Shown here one piece after another: positions 28,719 to 36,831 of a DNA stretch of 64,000 nucleotides; position 1 is the first letter of the stretch; each line of letters opens with the position of its first letter. This DNA is from an uncultured delta proteobacterium (GTDB lineage: Bacteria; Desulfobacterota; Syntrophia; Syntrophales; Smithellaceae): positions 288,001 through 352,000 of the forward strand of contig CAVWEH010000001.1 in NCBI GenBank assembly GCA_963753975.1, in the 5' to 3' direction. The translations under genes and the position numbers were made by a program. Below the pieces are notes generated by a model, which did not search any database, had not been told where the DNA came from, and saw nothing but the letters and a program-made list of their open reading frames with translations.

Positions 28719-28834
28719 GCGCGAAAAAAACACAAAAAACGTTATTAATCAATATATTCGACATATTGCCGTATATTGACAGGCCTGGCAGGAAATCAAA
28801 TTAGCGGCAATTTATTTGACTTATTGCCGATAAT

Positions 28835-29590
28835 TTGTATACTAGCGCAAGGAGGCTTAGTAAAAAAACGGATAATTTATTTAAACATTTTGAAAATCGG
28901 GAATCGTTTACCACAAATGAAATTTTCGGTTTTTTCTCTCAAACACAGCCCAATATTAAAAAAGCAACCGTAAATTGGCGGATTTACAATCTTGTCCAAA
29001 AGGGTTTATTAAGAAAAATCGGTCGCGGAATATATTCTTTAGGCAAAGAAAATTGTTTCTCTCCAATTCTTGACAAGAAACAAAAAAATATTTTCGTCCT
29101 GATTAAAAAGCAATTCCCTCTTATCACCTTTTGCTGTTGGCATACTGCTTTGTTAAAAGAATTTTTTCAGCATGTATCAGTGTATGATTTTCTACTGGTC
29201 GAAGTGGAACGCGAAGCAATAGATTCCGTTTTTCTTTCTATCAAAGAGACTAACAAAGACACTTTCAAAGAACCGTCGCGCGATGTGATGGAAAATTATG
29301 TATTCAATGGCAAAGACGCTATAATTGTTAAATCCCTGATCAGCGAAGCTCCTCTTCAGGATATTGATAATATAATTGTGCCGACTATAGAAAAGATTCT
29401 TGTTGATTTATACGCAGATCGTGAAATTTTCTTTTTCCTGCAAGGCAATGAAATGCTGAGCATCTTCAAAAGCGCGCTGGGAAAATATACGGTTAATACG
29501 GACAGGCTTTTGCGTTACGCAAAAAGAAGGAATAAGAGAGAAGAACTGCAAAAAATATTAGCCCAAATAAACGGCAAAAATAGGGAATAG
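28835..29590 (+). CDS. AbiEi-like antitoxin / winged-helix regulator (start uncertain)
   Basis: TVNWRIY.LVQKG...KIGRGIY wHTH; PTIEKILVD; LLRYAKRR; upstream of an AbiEii-like gene. Confidence 0.78.
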   Translation: MYTSARRLSKKTDNLFKHFENRESFTTNEIFGFFSQTQPNIKKATVNWRIYNLVQKGLLRKIGRGIYSLGKENCFSPILDKKQKNIFVLIKKQFPLITFCCWHTALLKEFFQHVSVYDFLLVEVEREAIDSVFLSIKETNKDTFKEPSRDVMENYVFNGKDAIIVKSLISEAPLQDIDNIIVPTIEKILVDLYADREIFFFLQGNEMLSIFKSALGKYTVNTDRLLRYAKRRNKREELQKILAQINGKNRE

Positions 29591-29605
29591 TGCCAAAAAT
29601 TTGAT

Positions 29606-30679
29606 ATGATTTCAAAAGACGCATTAAAACCGGAATGGATAAAGAAGGTATCTGCCGAAAACCGCAAGGCAGATAAGATTCTTGTTGAAAAAGTCATCCG
29701 CGCTTTGCTTCTTCTGGAAGGTCTTGCGGAAACCGGCTTGCCCTTTGTTTTTAAAGGCGGCACTTCCGTAATGCTGCTTCAGAAAATTCCCCGAAGATTT
29801 TCCATTGACATTGATATAATCGTACCGGAGAAGAAAAACTTTGAAGCGCTTTTTGCAAAATTCATTAAAGAGAAAAGCTTCACCAGATTTGAGTTTCAGA
29901 AAAGAGATTCGTCTTCAGAAATCAATAAACTCCACTACAAGTTTTTTTATACTCCTGCACATCAAAAGAATATTGCCGAAGACAATATCATGCTCGATAT
30001 TCTTATAGAATCATCAAAATACCAAAACGTTATTTCCCGAGACATTGATTTGTCGTTTGTCAAACAGGACGGATCACCTGCTCAGGTAAAAATTCCCAGC
30101 AAAGAAGATATTCTGGGCGATAAACTGACCGCCTTTGCGCCAAACACTACGGGAATTCCCTACCAAAAGAGCGGCTTTAGTATGGCCATGGAGATTATAA
30201 AACAATTATACGATATAGGGAATCTGTTCGAAGATATCAGCGATATAAAAGTGGTTGCCGAAACATTTAAAAATATCGCACAAACGGAAATGAAATACCG
30301 CGGACTTACGAAAGATGTAAAAATTGTATTGGATGATATTTTAGCCACAGCGCTTTGCCTCGCCACCAGGGGTAAGTCAGGCAAAGGTGACTTTGCGGCC
30401 CTGCAAAACGGTATATCGCAGACCAGAGCTTATATTTTCTCCGAAAGTTACCACATAGAAAAAGCCATTGTTCATGCGGCGCGCGCGGCGTATCTGACAA
30501 AACTCATTGATACCGGCGCCAATAAATTTGTCCGTTTTGAAAATGCCCAACAAATACTTGATTGGCAAATCGAAGCGCCGTTGGACACAAAGCTTAACAA
30601 ACTCAAGAAGAGCAACCCCGAGGCATTTTTCTATTGGTATCAGTTTTATTTGATAAATAAACGGGGCGACACAATTTAG
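29606..30679 (+). CDS. AbiEii/AbiGii-family nucleotidyltransferase toxin
   Basis: FVFKGGTS......RRFSIDIDI, DKL.AF, KQLYD. Confidence 0.88.
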   Translation: MISKDALKPEWIKKVSAENRKADKILVEKVIRALLLLEGLAETGLPFVFKGGTSVMLLQKIPRRFSIDIDIIVPEKKNFEALFAKFIKEKSFTRFEFQKRDSSSEINKLHYKFFYTPAHQKNIAEDNIMLDILIESSKYQNVISRDIDLSFVKQDGSPAQVKIPSKEDILGDKLTAFAPNTTGIPYQKSGFSMAMEIIKQLYDIGNLFEDISDIKVVAETFKNIAQTEMKYRGLTKDVKIVLDDILATALCLATRGKSGKGDFAALQNGISQTRAYIFSESYHIEKAIVHAARAAYLTKLIDTGANKFVRFENAQQILDWQIEAPLDTKLNKLKKSNPEAFFYWYQFYLINKRGDTI

Positions 30680-30755
30680 AAAGTATAACGTGGGCAATTA
30701 TATTTAATTGCTGAAACAATCGGGGACAGGTACAATTTTGAGACTAGGAGGATAA

Positions 30756-31097
30756 ATGGAAAGCATTCTTAAACTGCAAGCTGACATCTGTAAAATATTC
30801 GCCAATGATAAACGCTTGGAAATTATCAATTTGCTGAAGGACAAAGAAATGTCCAACGGCGAATTAATGCAAAAAACTGGCCTGACTAAAGTGAATATAT
30901 CTCAGCACATGAATGTTTTAAAGTCGAAAGGTGTCATTGTGGCACGGCGTGAAGGTGTCCAATTATATTATCGGATGGCCAATCCCAAAATAATTCAAGC
31001 CTGCAACCTGATGAAAGAGGTTTTGGTGGAACAGCTTATGGAAAAAGAAAAGATGGCTTCCATGATGGTTAAAGCTTCCAATAAACTTATAGCATGA
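30756..31097 (+). CDS. ArsR/SmtB transcriptional regulator
   Basis: KRLEIINLL, NISQHM.VLK..G.I..RREG...YY. Confidence 0.92.
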   Translation: MESILKLQADICKIFANDKRLEIINLLKDKEMSNGELMQKTGLTKVNISQHMNVLKSKGVIVARREGVQLYYRMANPKIIQACNLMKEVLVEQLMEKEKMASMMVKASNKLIA

Positions 31098-31109
31098 ATA
31101 ATAATCAGG

Positions 31110-31168
31110 GTTCAAGAAAATCGGAACGGTTCTATTGAAGAGACGCGCATTTCGTGAAGAGTGAAACG
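31110..31168 (+). repeat. Direct repeat copy 1 (copy 2 at 32324-32386)
   Basis: AATCGGAACGGTTCTATTGAAGAGACGCGCATTTCGTGAAGAGTGAAACG. Confidence 0.8.
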
Positions 31169-31202
31169 TGCAGAGTGAAGGTTGCAGAGGTGTATGCCGG
31201 AA

Positions 31203-31298
31203 TTGCCTAACTGAAATAACTTAAACAATTAATTGTTAGGCAAAGTGTGGTTGACTTATTGCCTAACAATATTTATAATTTGGCAATATTGTTAGGCA
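31203..31298 (+). promoter_or_regulatory. Sigma70 promoter with four TGCCTAAC boxes (probable operator)
   Basis: TTGACT 31251-56, 17 nt spacer, TATAAT 31274-79; 14 bp inverted repeat TGCCTAACAATATT/AATATTGTTAGGCA straddles the -10. Confidence 0.8.
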
Positions 31299-31307
31299 GA
31301 GGCGTTT

Positions 31308-31622
31308 ATGAGTGTTATAAAGGGTATCTTAGAAGAAGAGCTCAAACGATTGGAAGAACTCTTGGTTTTCTATAAGGAAAAGATTGCGCGAATCCCCGGC
31401 GGATCTATATCCGCCAAGGAGAGGGGAGGACAGCGATACCTCTATCTCGCGCGCCGTGAGGGCAAGAAAGTCATCTTCGATTATGTTGGCAAAGATGTCC
31501 CTGAAGTGCGGAATGTCCTCAATGATCGTATACGCCAAAGAAAGGAGTATCAGGTAAAACTACATCAAGTGAGGGAAAATCTTAAGGAAGTGAGAAAGGC
31601 TCTCCGTGGAAAAAAGGCATGA
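31308..31622 (+). CDS. Small basic coiled-coil protein, putative antitoxin/regulator
   Basis: 104 aa; GSI..K..GG..YLYL..REG.KV...YVGK; overlaps the next gene. Confidence 0.7.
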   Translation: MSVIKGILEEELKRLEELLVFYKEKIARIPGGSISAKERGGQRYLYLARREGKKVIFDYVGKDVPEVRNVLNDRIRQRKEYQVKLHQVRENLKEVRKALRGKKA

Positions 31623-32310
31623 TTTGTTCTTCATTATATTGACCAAACTCGCTGAGGAAGACGTCCTTCAAGATATCATTCTCATAGGGGGCTGGTGCCC
31701 TCTCGTATACAAGGAGTACTTTGGTAATCCTGTGGAGATTTCCATGCAGCGGACGACAGATCTCGATTTCCTGGTGCCTAACCCTCCGCGTATACATAAG
31801 GATGTTGATGTCTCCCTGATTTTGGAAGGCTTTGGGTTGGACAAGAAAATATCGCTTCCGGATGGGTATGTGAAGTTTGTTCATCCGGATCTTGAAGTGG
31901 AATTTCTCACACCCGAAAGAGGCAGGGGTAGTAAAAAGCCTTACTCAATAAACAAACTCCACGTGAATGCCCAAGGATTACGATATCTGGATCTTCTCCA
32001 GGGGAATACAATAAAAACTTCTTACAACGGTATATCAATCAATGTTCCAGAGCCAGCGGCTTATGTTTTACACAAATTCATCTTGAGCGAAAGGCGCAAG
32101 AATCAGTTTAAGAGGGATAAGGATACTGAAACAGCAAGACAACTAGGAGAGTATCTATTGGGGCTTGAGGCTCAAAGGCGGAAAATGCAGAACATTTATA
32201 TGAGCATGCCGGGAAAGTGGAAGAAAAATCTGATGAGAATTATAAAAGACGTTTCAGATAAGACGTACGCTTTTGTGCAGTCCATGGAGGCCGTTAATGA
32301 TGACGGATAA
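31606..32310 (+). CDS. Nucleotidyltransferase-fold protein (GSU2403-like)
   Basis: ILIGGW, RTTDLDF, VEFLTP, VPEPAAYVLHK....RR....R.KD. Confidence 0.75.
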   Translation: MEKRHDLFFIILTKLAEEDVLQDIILIGGWCPLVYKEYFGNPVEISMQRTTDLDFLVPNPPRIHKDVDVSLILEGFGLDKKISLPDGYVKFVHPDLEVEFLTPERGRGSKKPYSINKLHVNAQGLRYLDLLQGNTIKTSYNGISINVPEPAAYVLHKFILSERRKNQFKRDKDTETARQLGEYLLGLEAQRRKMQNIYMSMPGKWKKNLMRIIKDVSDKTYAFVQSMEAVNDDG

Positions 32311-32323
32311 GGACGTCAATTAT

Positions 32324-32386
32324 GTTCAAGGGGGTAATCGGGGACGATTCTATTGAAGGGACGCGCATTTCGTGAAGCGTGAAACG
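32324..32386 (+). repeat. Direct repeat copy 2
   Basis: AATCGGGGACGATTCTATTGAAGGGACGCGCATTTCGTGAAGCGTGAAACG. Confidence 0.8.
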
Positions 32387-32486
32387 GGCAGCGGGATTCG
32401 CCAGTCTGCAATACAAATTTATACCTTGTCTTTTTTCAATTCATCCTTTTATTATAACTACAATTAAGAAATGGGATGGTTTCATT

Positions 32487-32587
32487 ATCCCACGTCGTCG
32501 TAGATGCCCTTCAGGGTGCTTCGCTTCTGGGATTAATTCGACTTTGAAATTTTTCTGTACTTCGTTTGAAAAATTTTAGTCTCATTG
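32487..32587 (-). repeat. GA-mismatch hairpin unit with micro-insertion (32499-32518)
   Basis: Reverse complement CAAT-GA-GACT-AAAATTTTTC-AAACGAAGTACA-GAAAAATTTC-AA-AGTC-GA-ATTA. Confidence 0.85.
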
Positions 32588-32600
32588 AAAGGAGGTTACC

Positions 32601-33266
32601 ATGGAATTAGCTGCTGCAATCAAGGGAAGAAGGAGTATTCGCAAATTCAAATCGCAGGATGTACCTAAAAGTGTAATTACGGAAATTCTGGAAGAGGCGC
32701 GCTGGTCGCCATCGTGGGGAAATACCCAGCCCTGGGATTTGTATGTATTAAAGGGTAAAACACTGGCTAAGTTTAAAGAAATGAATCTCAAACAAACGCT
32801 GGCGGGTGCTGCTATTGCCCCCGATGTGCCGATGCTCGAAAAATGGCCGGACGCCATGAAAGCCAGATATGGAGAGCTGGGCAAGGTTATTTTAAGCGTG
32901 CAGGGCATAAAAAGAGAAGATAAGAACGCACGTGATAAGTATTATCAGAATATGGTTTCGATGTTTGATGCCCCTTGTCTGATTCTGGCCTGTATTTCCC
33001 GGGATAATCTAGTCGAATACCAGATGCTGGATATCGGCCTCATCGCGCAAACGATCTGCCTCGCTGCTTACGGCAAAGGCCTGGGAACGTGTCTCTTAGC
33101 CGCAGCCGCACGTTTCTCCGCCGAAATCAGAAAGATAGCGGCAATTCCCGCCGATAAAAAAATTGTTGTGGGTATCGCTCTGGGCTATCCGGATCCGTCA
33201 TTTCCTCTCAACAATTTTGCGCGGGAGAGAGCAAAGCTGGATGAGTTCGTCCATTGGATGGAATAA
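32601..33266 (+). CDS. Nitroreductase family protein
   Basis: RRSIRKF, ARWSPSWGNTQPW, GLGTC, IALGYPD. Confidence 0.92.
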   Translation: MELAAAIKGRRSIRKFKSQDVPKSVITEILEEARWSPSWGNTQPWDLYVLKGKTLAKFKEMNLKQTLAGAAIAPDVPMLEKWPDAMKARYGELGKVILSVQGIKREDKNARDKYYQNMVSMFDAPCLILACISRDNLVEYQMLDIGLIAQTICLAAYGKGLGTCLLAAAARFSAEIRKIAAIPADKKIVVGIALGYPDPSFPLNNFARERAKLDEFVHWME

Positions 33267-33303
33267 ACAACAATTTATTGTAACGTGATCAGGAGAGATT
33301 ATC

Positions 33304-33804
33304 ATGAAAAATTTAAATTATATGAGCATTGCTGAAGATGCCATAAGCAAAATCAAAAAAGGAGCTTTCTTAACGGTTAAGGCCGCGGACGCGCTTAACA
33401 CCATGACCATCGGCTGGGCCACTTTCGGATTCATCTGGCAGAAGCCGATCATGATGGTGGCAGTACGCTATACCCGTCACACCTTTAGTATTATAGAAAA
33501 AGCTTTAGACTTTACAGTTACAATACCTTCCGGTGATATGGGGAAGGCAATCGCTTTTTGCGGATCGAAATCGGGCAAGGATGTGGATAAATTCAAAATG
33601 TGCGATCTGGAAACAGCAAAAAGCCAGCATACCGTATCGCCGATCATCAAGGTGCCGGGGATTCATTATGAATGCAAAATAGTTTACAAATCCGCCATGA
33701 ATCCGGTTCATCTGGATAAAAATTATGATAAGGCCATGTATCCGCAAAAAGATTATCACACCCATTATTTTGGCGAGATACTGGCCTGTTACGAAACCCA
33801 ATAA
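33304..33804 (+). CDS. Flavin reductase / flavoredoxin family protein
   Basis: NTMTIGW, CGSKSGKDVDK, YECK, HTHYFGEI. Confidence 0.88.
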   Translation: MKNLNYMSIAEDAISKIKKGAFLTVKAADALNTMTIGWATFGFIWQKPIMMVAVRYTRHTFSIIEKALDFTVTIPSGDMGKAIAFCGSKSGKDVDKFKMCDLETAKSQHTVSPIIKVPGIHYECKIVYKSAMNPVHLDKNYDKAMYPQKDYHTHYFGEILACYETQ

Positions 33805-34026
33805 TGGGGCTATTATCCCTAGGCTTCTGAATATATTGTTAAGCTTTCGGCTTTTTCGGGCAGGGAATATGATTAAACATGTGGCGTCTCCTTATCGGGA
33901 ATGCGCCTCCGGTAAACAGCCCGCAAAGGTGTAAAATTGCCACGGCTCCTGAGAGTCGCCTCACAACGACAATTAAGATGCAAGACGTTTGTCGATAATT
34001 TTATTTAAATAGGGAGTGACACTTCT

Positions 34027-34594
34027 ATGAATTCAAAATTGGCGATAGGGGATAAAGCTCCCGATTTCAAATTTAAGACGCCCTGGGGTGGTGAGTTAAA
34101 TTTTTATGATGCTGCCGGCAATAATCCGGCTGTTTTGATCTTTCTGCGCTATTACGGATGCCCGGTCTGTCAAATGGAAATGGCAAAAATAAAACAGGAA
34201 ATCGATCTGGTCAGGCAAAAAGGTGGGCGCGTATTTGTGGTTCTGCAAAGCGCGTCGGAAACGATTGCTTCTTTGAGAATAACGTTCAGTAGGGTGGACG
34301 GATTCTCGAAAAGAGACGATTTCCCCTTCAAGATTATTTGTGACCCGCAAGGGAAAGTTTTCCAACTCTATGGTGTGGAAGCAGGCGGTATAATCAAATA
34401 TCTGCATCCCGCCGGTCTTGATTGCGGCAATCAAGGCTATCAGTCGCGGCTTTAAGCATGGTAAATTTGAAGGGAAAGAAACACAACTTCCTGCCGCATT
34501 TGCTCTTGATGCAAAGAAAGTTATTAAATACGTTCATTATGGGGAAAGCATCGGCGACATACCTTCGCTCACAAAAATACTGGCTGACATATAG
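34027..34594 (+). pseudogene. AhpC/TSA (peroxiredoxin-like) protein, frameshifted near 34420
   Basis: GDKAPDF, FLRYYGCPVC; continuation IAAIKAISRGFKHGKFEGKETQLPAAF...HYG lies in another frame. Confidence 0.7.
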
Positions 34595-34733
34595 AAGATT
34601 CGGCAATATTCGGGGGTTGATGCAATTAAATTAATAGCAAGGGAAATCCCCTTCGATCCCTTTTTCACCCTAAAGAGTACGCGAAAAAAGGGGAAGTAAA
34701 AGGCTGCTCAAAATCCCCAGCGATCCGGCTTTT

Positions 34734-34791
34734 TACCCTGATAACCTTAATAACCTGAAGGTCACTATAGGGTCACATTAGGTCATCTGCG
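34734..34791 (+). repeat. Self-nested micro-element array (3 left halves then 3 right halves)
   Basis: TACCCTGA TAACCTTAA TAACCTGAA GGTCACTATAG GGTCACATTA GGTCATCTGCG. Confidence 0.85.
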
Positions 34792-35215
34792 GCCGGAATG
34801 ACAGTGGTAGATTTTAGATCGTAGCGGCGCATAAGGTGCGATTCGCAATGACAACCCGGGGCATATCACAATATTATTGAGGTTAATAAATATAATAGCC
34901 TGGTTAAGTGTTTAAAAAGATTCTCCAAGACGCCCGCCCGCAGAACAGCTTTTTAAAATCATCAGGGGTATTTTTTCCGAAAGGAAGGCCCAGCTTGTTT
35001 CTCTCCTTCCAATCAAAGCTTTTATTGATAAAAATATTCTATTCTGGAGCAAATATTGCATTATTTTTTACAAGGGAAGATGTAGCTGCCGTCAGCCCAG
35101 ATAATGATGGCACTTTCACAATTCTCGAGCTGATTGTTTATCTCGCCATCTATTTAATCTGACGTGACCGGGAGCTGACTAAAAAATGACGATTTTTAAA
35201 ACCAAGGAGTTAAAT

Positions 35216-35623
35216 ATGTTAAAAAAAATAACCTGCGGTGCTTGTCTATTTTTCGCCGTAAATATTATCGGTGGATGTAGTATTCTGCCATTCATTCCGG
35301 TTGTGGGGACGGTCTATGATGGCTACATTGGTTGGAAAGGACACCAGGCTACCAAATATTATGCTGAGGATGTAGGCACTATACACCGGGCGGTAATGAG
35401 GTCTTCCCAGCAGTTGCATTTAAAAATAGTCCGTAACTCTACAGACGCGAATAGACATTTTCTGGAGCTAAAATGCAAAGAGCCTTTGCAGATTGAAATT
35501 TTGCCATTTGAAAAAAAGGTTACCAAAGTTATGATCAAAATAAACCTGGGCGGTGATAAGCAGTTCGCCGATTTTTTTTATCATAGGATTGACGCCAATT
35601 TAGCTAAAAGCCGGCGGGCATGA
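35216..35623 (+). CDS. Hypothetical lipoprotein (DUF3568-like)
   Basis: IIGGC lipobox-like signal; AAGGAG before ATG 35216. Confidence 0.65.
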   Translation: MLKKITCGACLFFAVNIIGGCSILPFIPVVGTVYDGYIGWKGHQATKYYAEDVGTIHRAVMRSSQQLHLKIVRNSTDANRHFLELKCKEPLQIEILPFEKKVTKVMIKINLGGDKQFADFFYHRIDANLAKSRRA

Positions 35624-35727
35624 GAAAAGTATGACTAATCGCGGTACAATCTTTATCTTTGACAATTGGCGATATTAAACGTGTATCGTGTCTCGTGAAG
35701 CGTTGGGTGTGTCGGGCTAAAAGTATT

Positions 35728-35796
35728 TAACCTAATAAACTAAATAACCTAAAGGTCACTATAGGGTCACTATAGGGTCACGCGAGGCCATCTGCG
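35728..35796 (+). repeat. Self-nested micro-element array (3 left halves then 4 right halves)
   Basis: TAACCTAA TAAACTAAA TAACCTAAA GGTCACTATAG GGTCACTATAG GGTCACGCGA GGCCATCTGCG. Confidence 0.85.
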
Positions 35797-35881
35797 ACCG
35801 GATTTCCTTTTCGGATAAGGTGTCACTAATCTCGCTAAAAAACGTTAATTATCTACGTTTTCCATCCAGATTAACGATTTA

Positions 35882-35910
35882 TTGACAAATTACCGTTAAT
35901 TTACTATAAT
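35882..35910 (+). promoter_or_regulatory. Consensus sigma70 promoter of the fic gene (probably leaderless transcript)
   Basis: TTGACA-17 nt-TATAAT; ATG 7 nt downstream with no Shine-Dalgarno. Confidence 0.8.
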
Positions 35911-35917
35911 CCTACCT

Positions 35918-36799
35918 ATGGCAACGACACATTCTGTAAAAAATCAGATTCAAGTCTTAAAAGTTCAATATGACCAGCTTTGTAAAGGGAAAGAGTCATT
36001 ACTGAAGTTGATTGATGAATCCGAACTTCCGGAAAGCGTCTTCAATTCCAATGCTATCGAAAATTCTACACTGACGCTTAAAGAGACGGAGCGCATTTTG
36101 CTGGAGATGAAAATTTCCCGCAATGTTTCGGTGCGGGAAGTTTTTGAAGCGAAAAATCTGGCGCAGGTGATGGGATACATAAAAACTAAAGTAATCGACA
36201 CTGAACTTTCAAATGAACTGATCCTGCTTTTACACAAAATGCTCATGGGGAATATTAAAGACGCTGTCGCGGGGCGTTTCCGCATCAAAGGCGAGTATGT
36301 CCGCGTCGGCACACACATCGCTCCGGCGCCGGAGCATGTGGAAAGAATGATGGAGGCAATTCTGCTGGAATTTTCTTCTGACCATGTTAATTACTTTGCC
36401 GACAAAATCGCTAAGTTTCATCTTGATTTCGAAACTGTTCATCCATTTTGCGACGGTAACGGTAGAATAGGACGCGTGATTATCAGTTATCAGCTCGCGC
36501 GCCTTGGTTTTCCCAATATTATCATTCGCGATAAAGAGAAACTGCTGTACTACAAAGCGTTCGGTGAATATAAAAACTCAAAAAATACAAAGATAATGGA
36601 AAAAATTATCACTCTGGCTTTAACGGAATCGCTGCATAAAAGAATTGCTTACTTGCAAGGCGATACTATAATTCCAGTGGCGGATTTTGCCAAAACAAAT
36701 AATAAATCGATTCATGCGTTACTTAACGCCGCGCGCAGACAAACCGTTCCCGCTTTTCGGGAAAAAGGAGTTTGGAAATTCGGCAATTACAAAGAGTGA
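35918..36799 (+). CDS. Fic family protein
   Basis: HPFCDGNGRIGR catalytic motif; N-terminal inhibitory SNAIEN motif. Confidence 0.93.
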   Translation: MATTHSVKNQIQVLKVQYDQLCKGKESLLKLIDESELPESVFNSNAIENSTLTLKETERILLEMKISRNVSVREVFEAKNLAQVMGYIKTKVIDTELSNELILLLHKMLMGNIKDAVAGRFRIKGEYVRVGTHIAPAPEHVERMMEAILLEFSSDHVNYFADKIAKFHLDFETVHPFCDGNGRIGRVIISYQLARLGFPNIIIRDKEKLLYYKAFGEYKNSKNTKIMEKIITLALTESLHKRIAYLQGDTIIPVADFAKTNNKSIHALLNAARRQTVPAFREKGVWKFGNYKE

Positions 36800-36831
36800 A
36801 ACGCAAATCGTGAAGCGTCATTCGAAGCGGT

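Noticed and set aside
34908..35162. 84 aa ORF as a real gene
   Set aside because: No RBS or motif; the region may be a decayed remnant but I cannot support a call
20813..36799. Prophage or ICE
   Set aside because: No integrase, structural, replication or conjugation genes, and no tRNA/att boundary recognised
20372..36831. Integron with attC cassette array
   Set aside because: No tyrosine integrase is visible and the repeats lack consistent RYYYAAC...GTTRRRY ends
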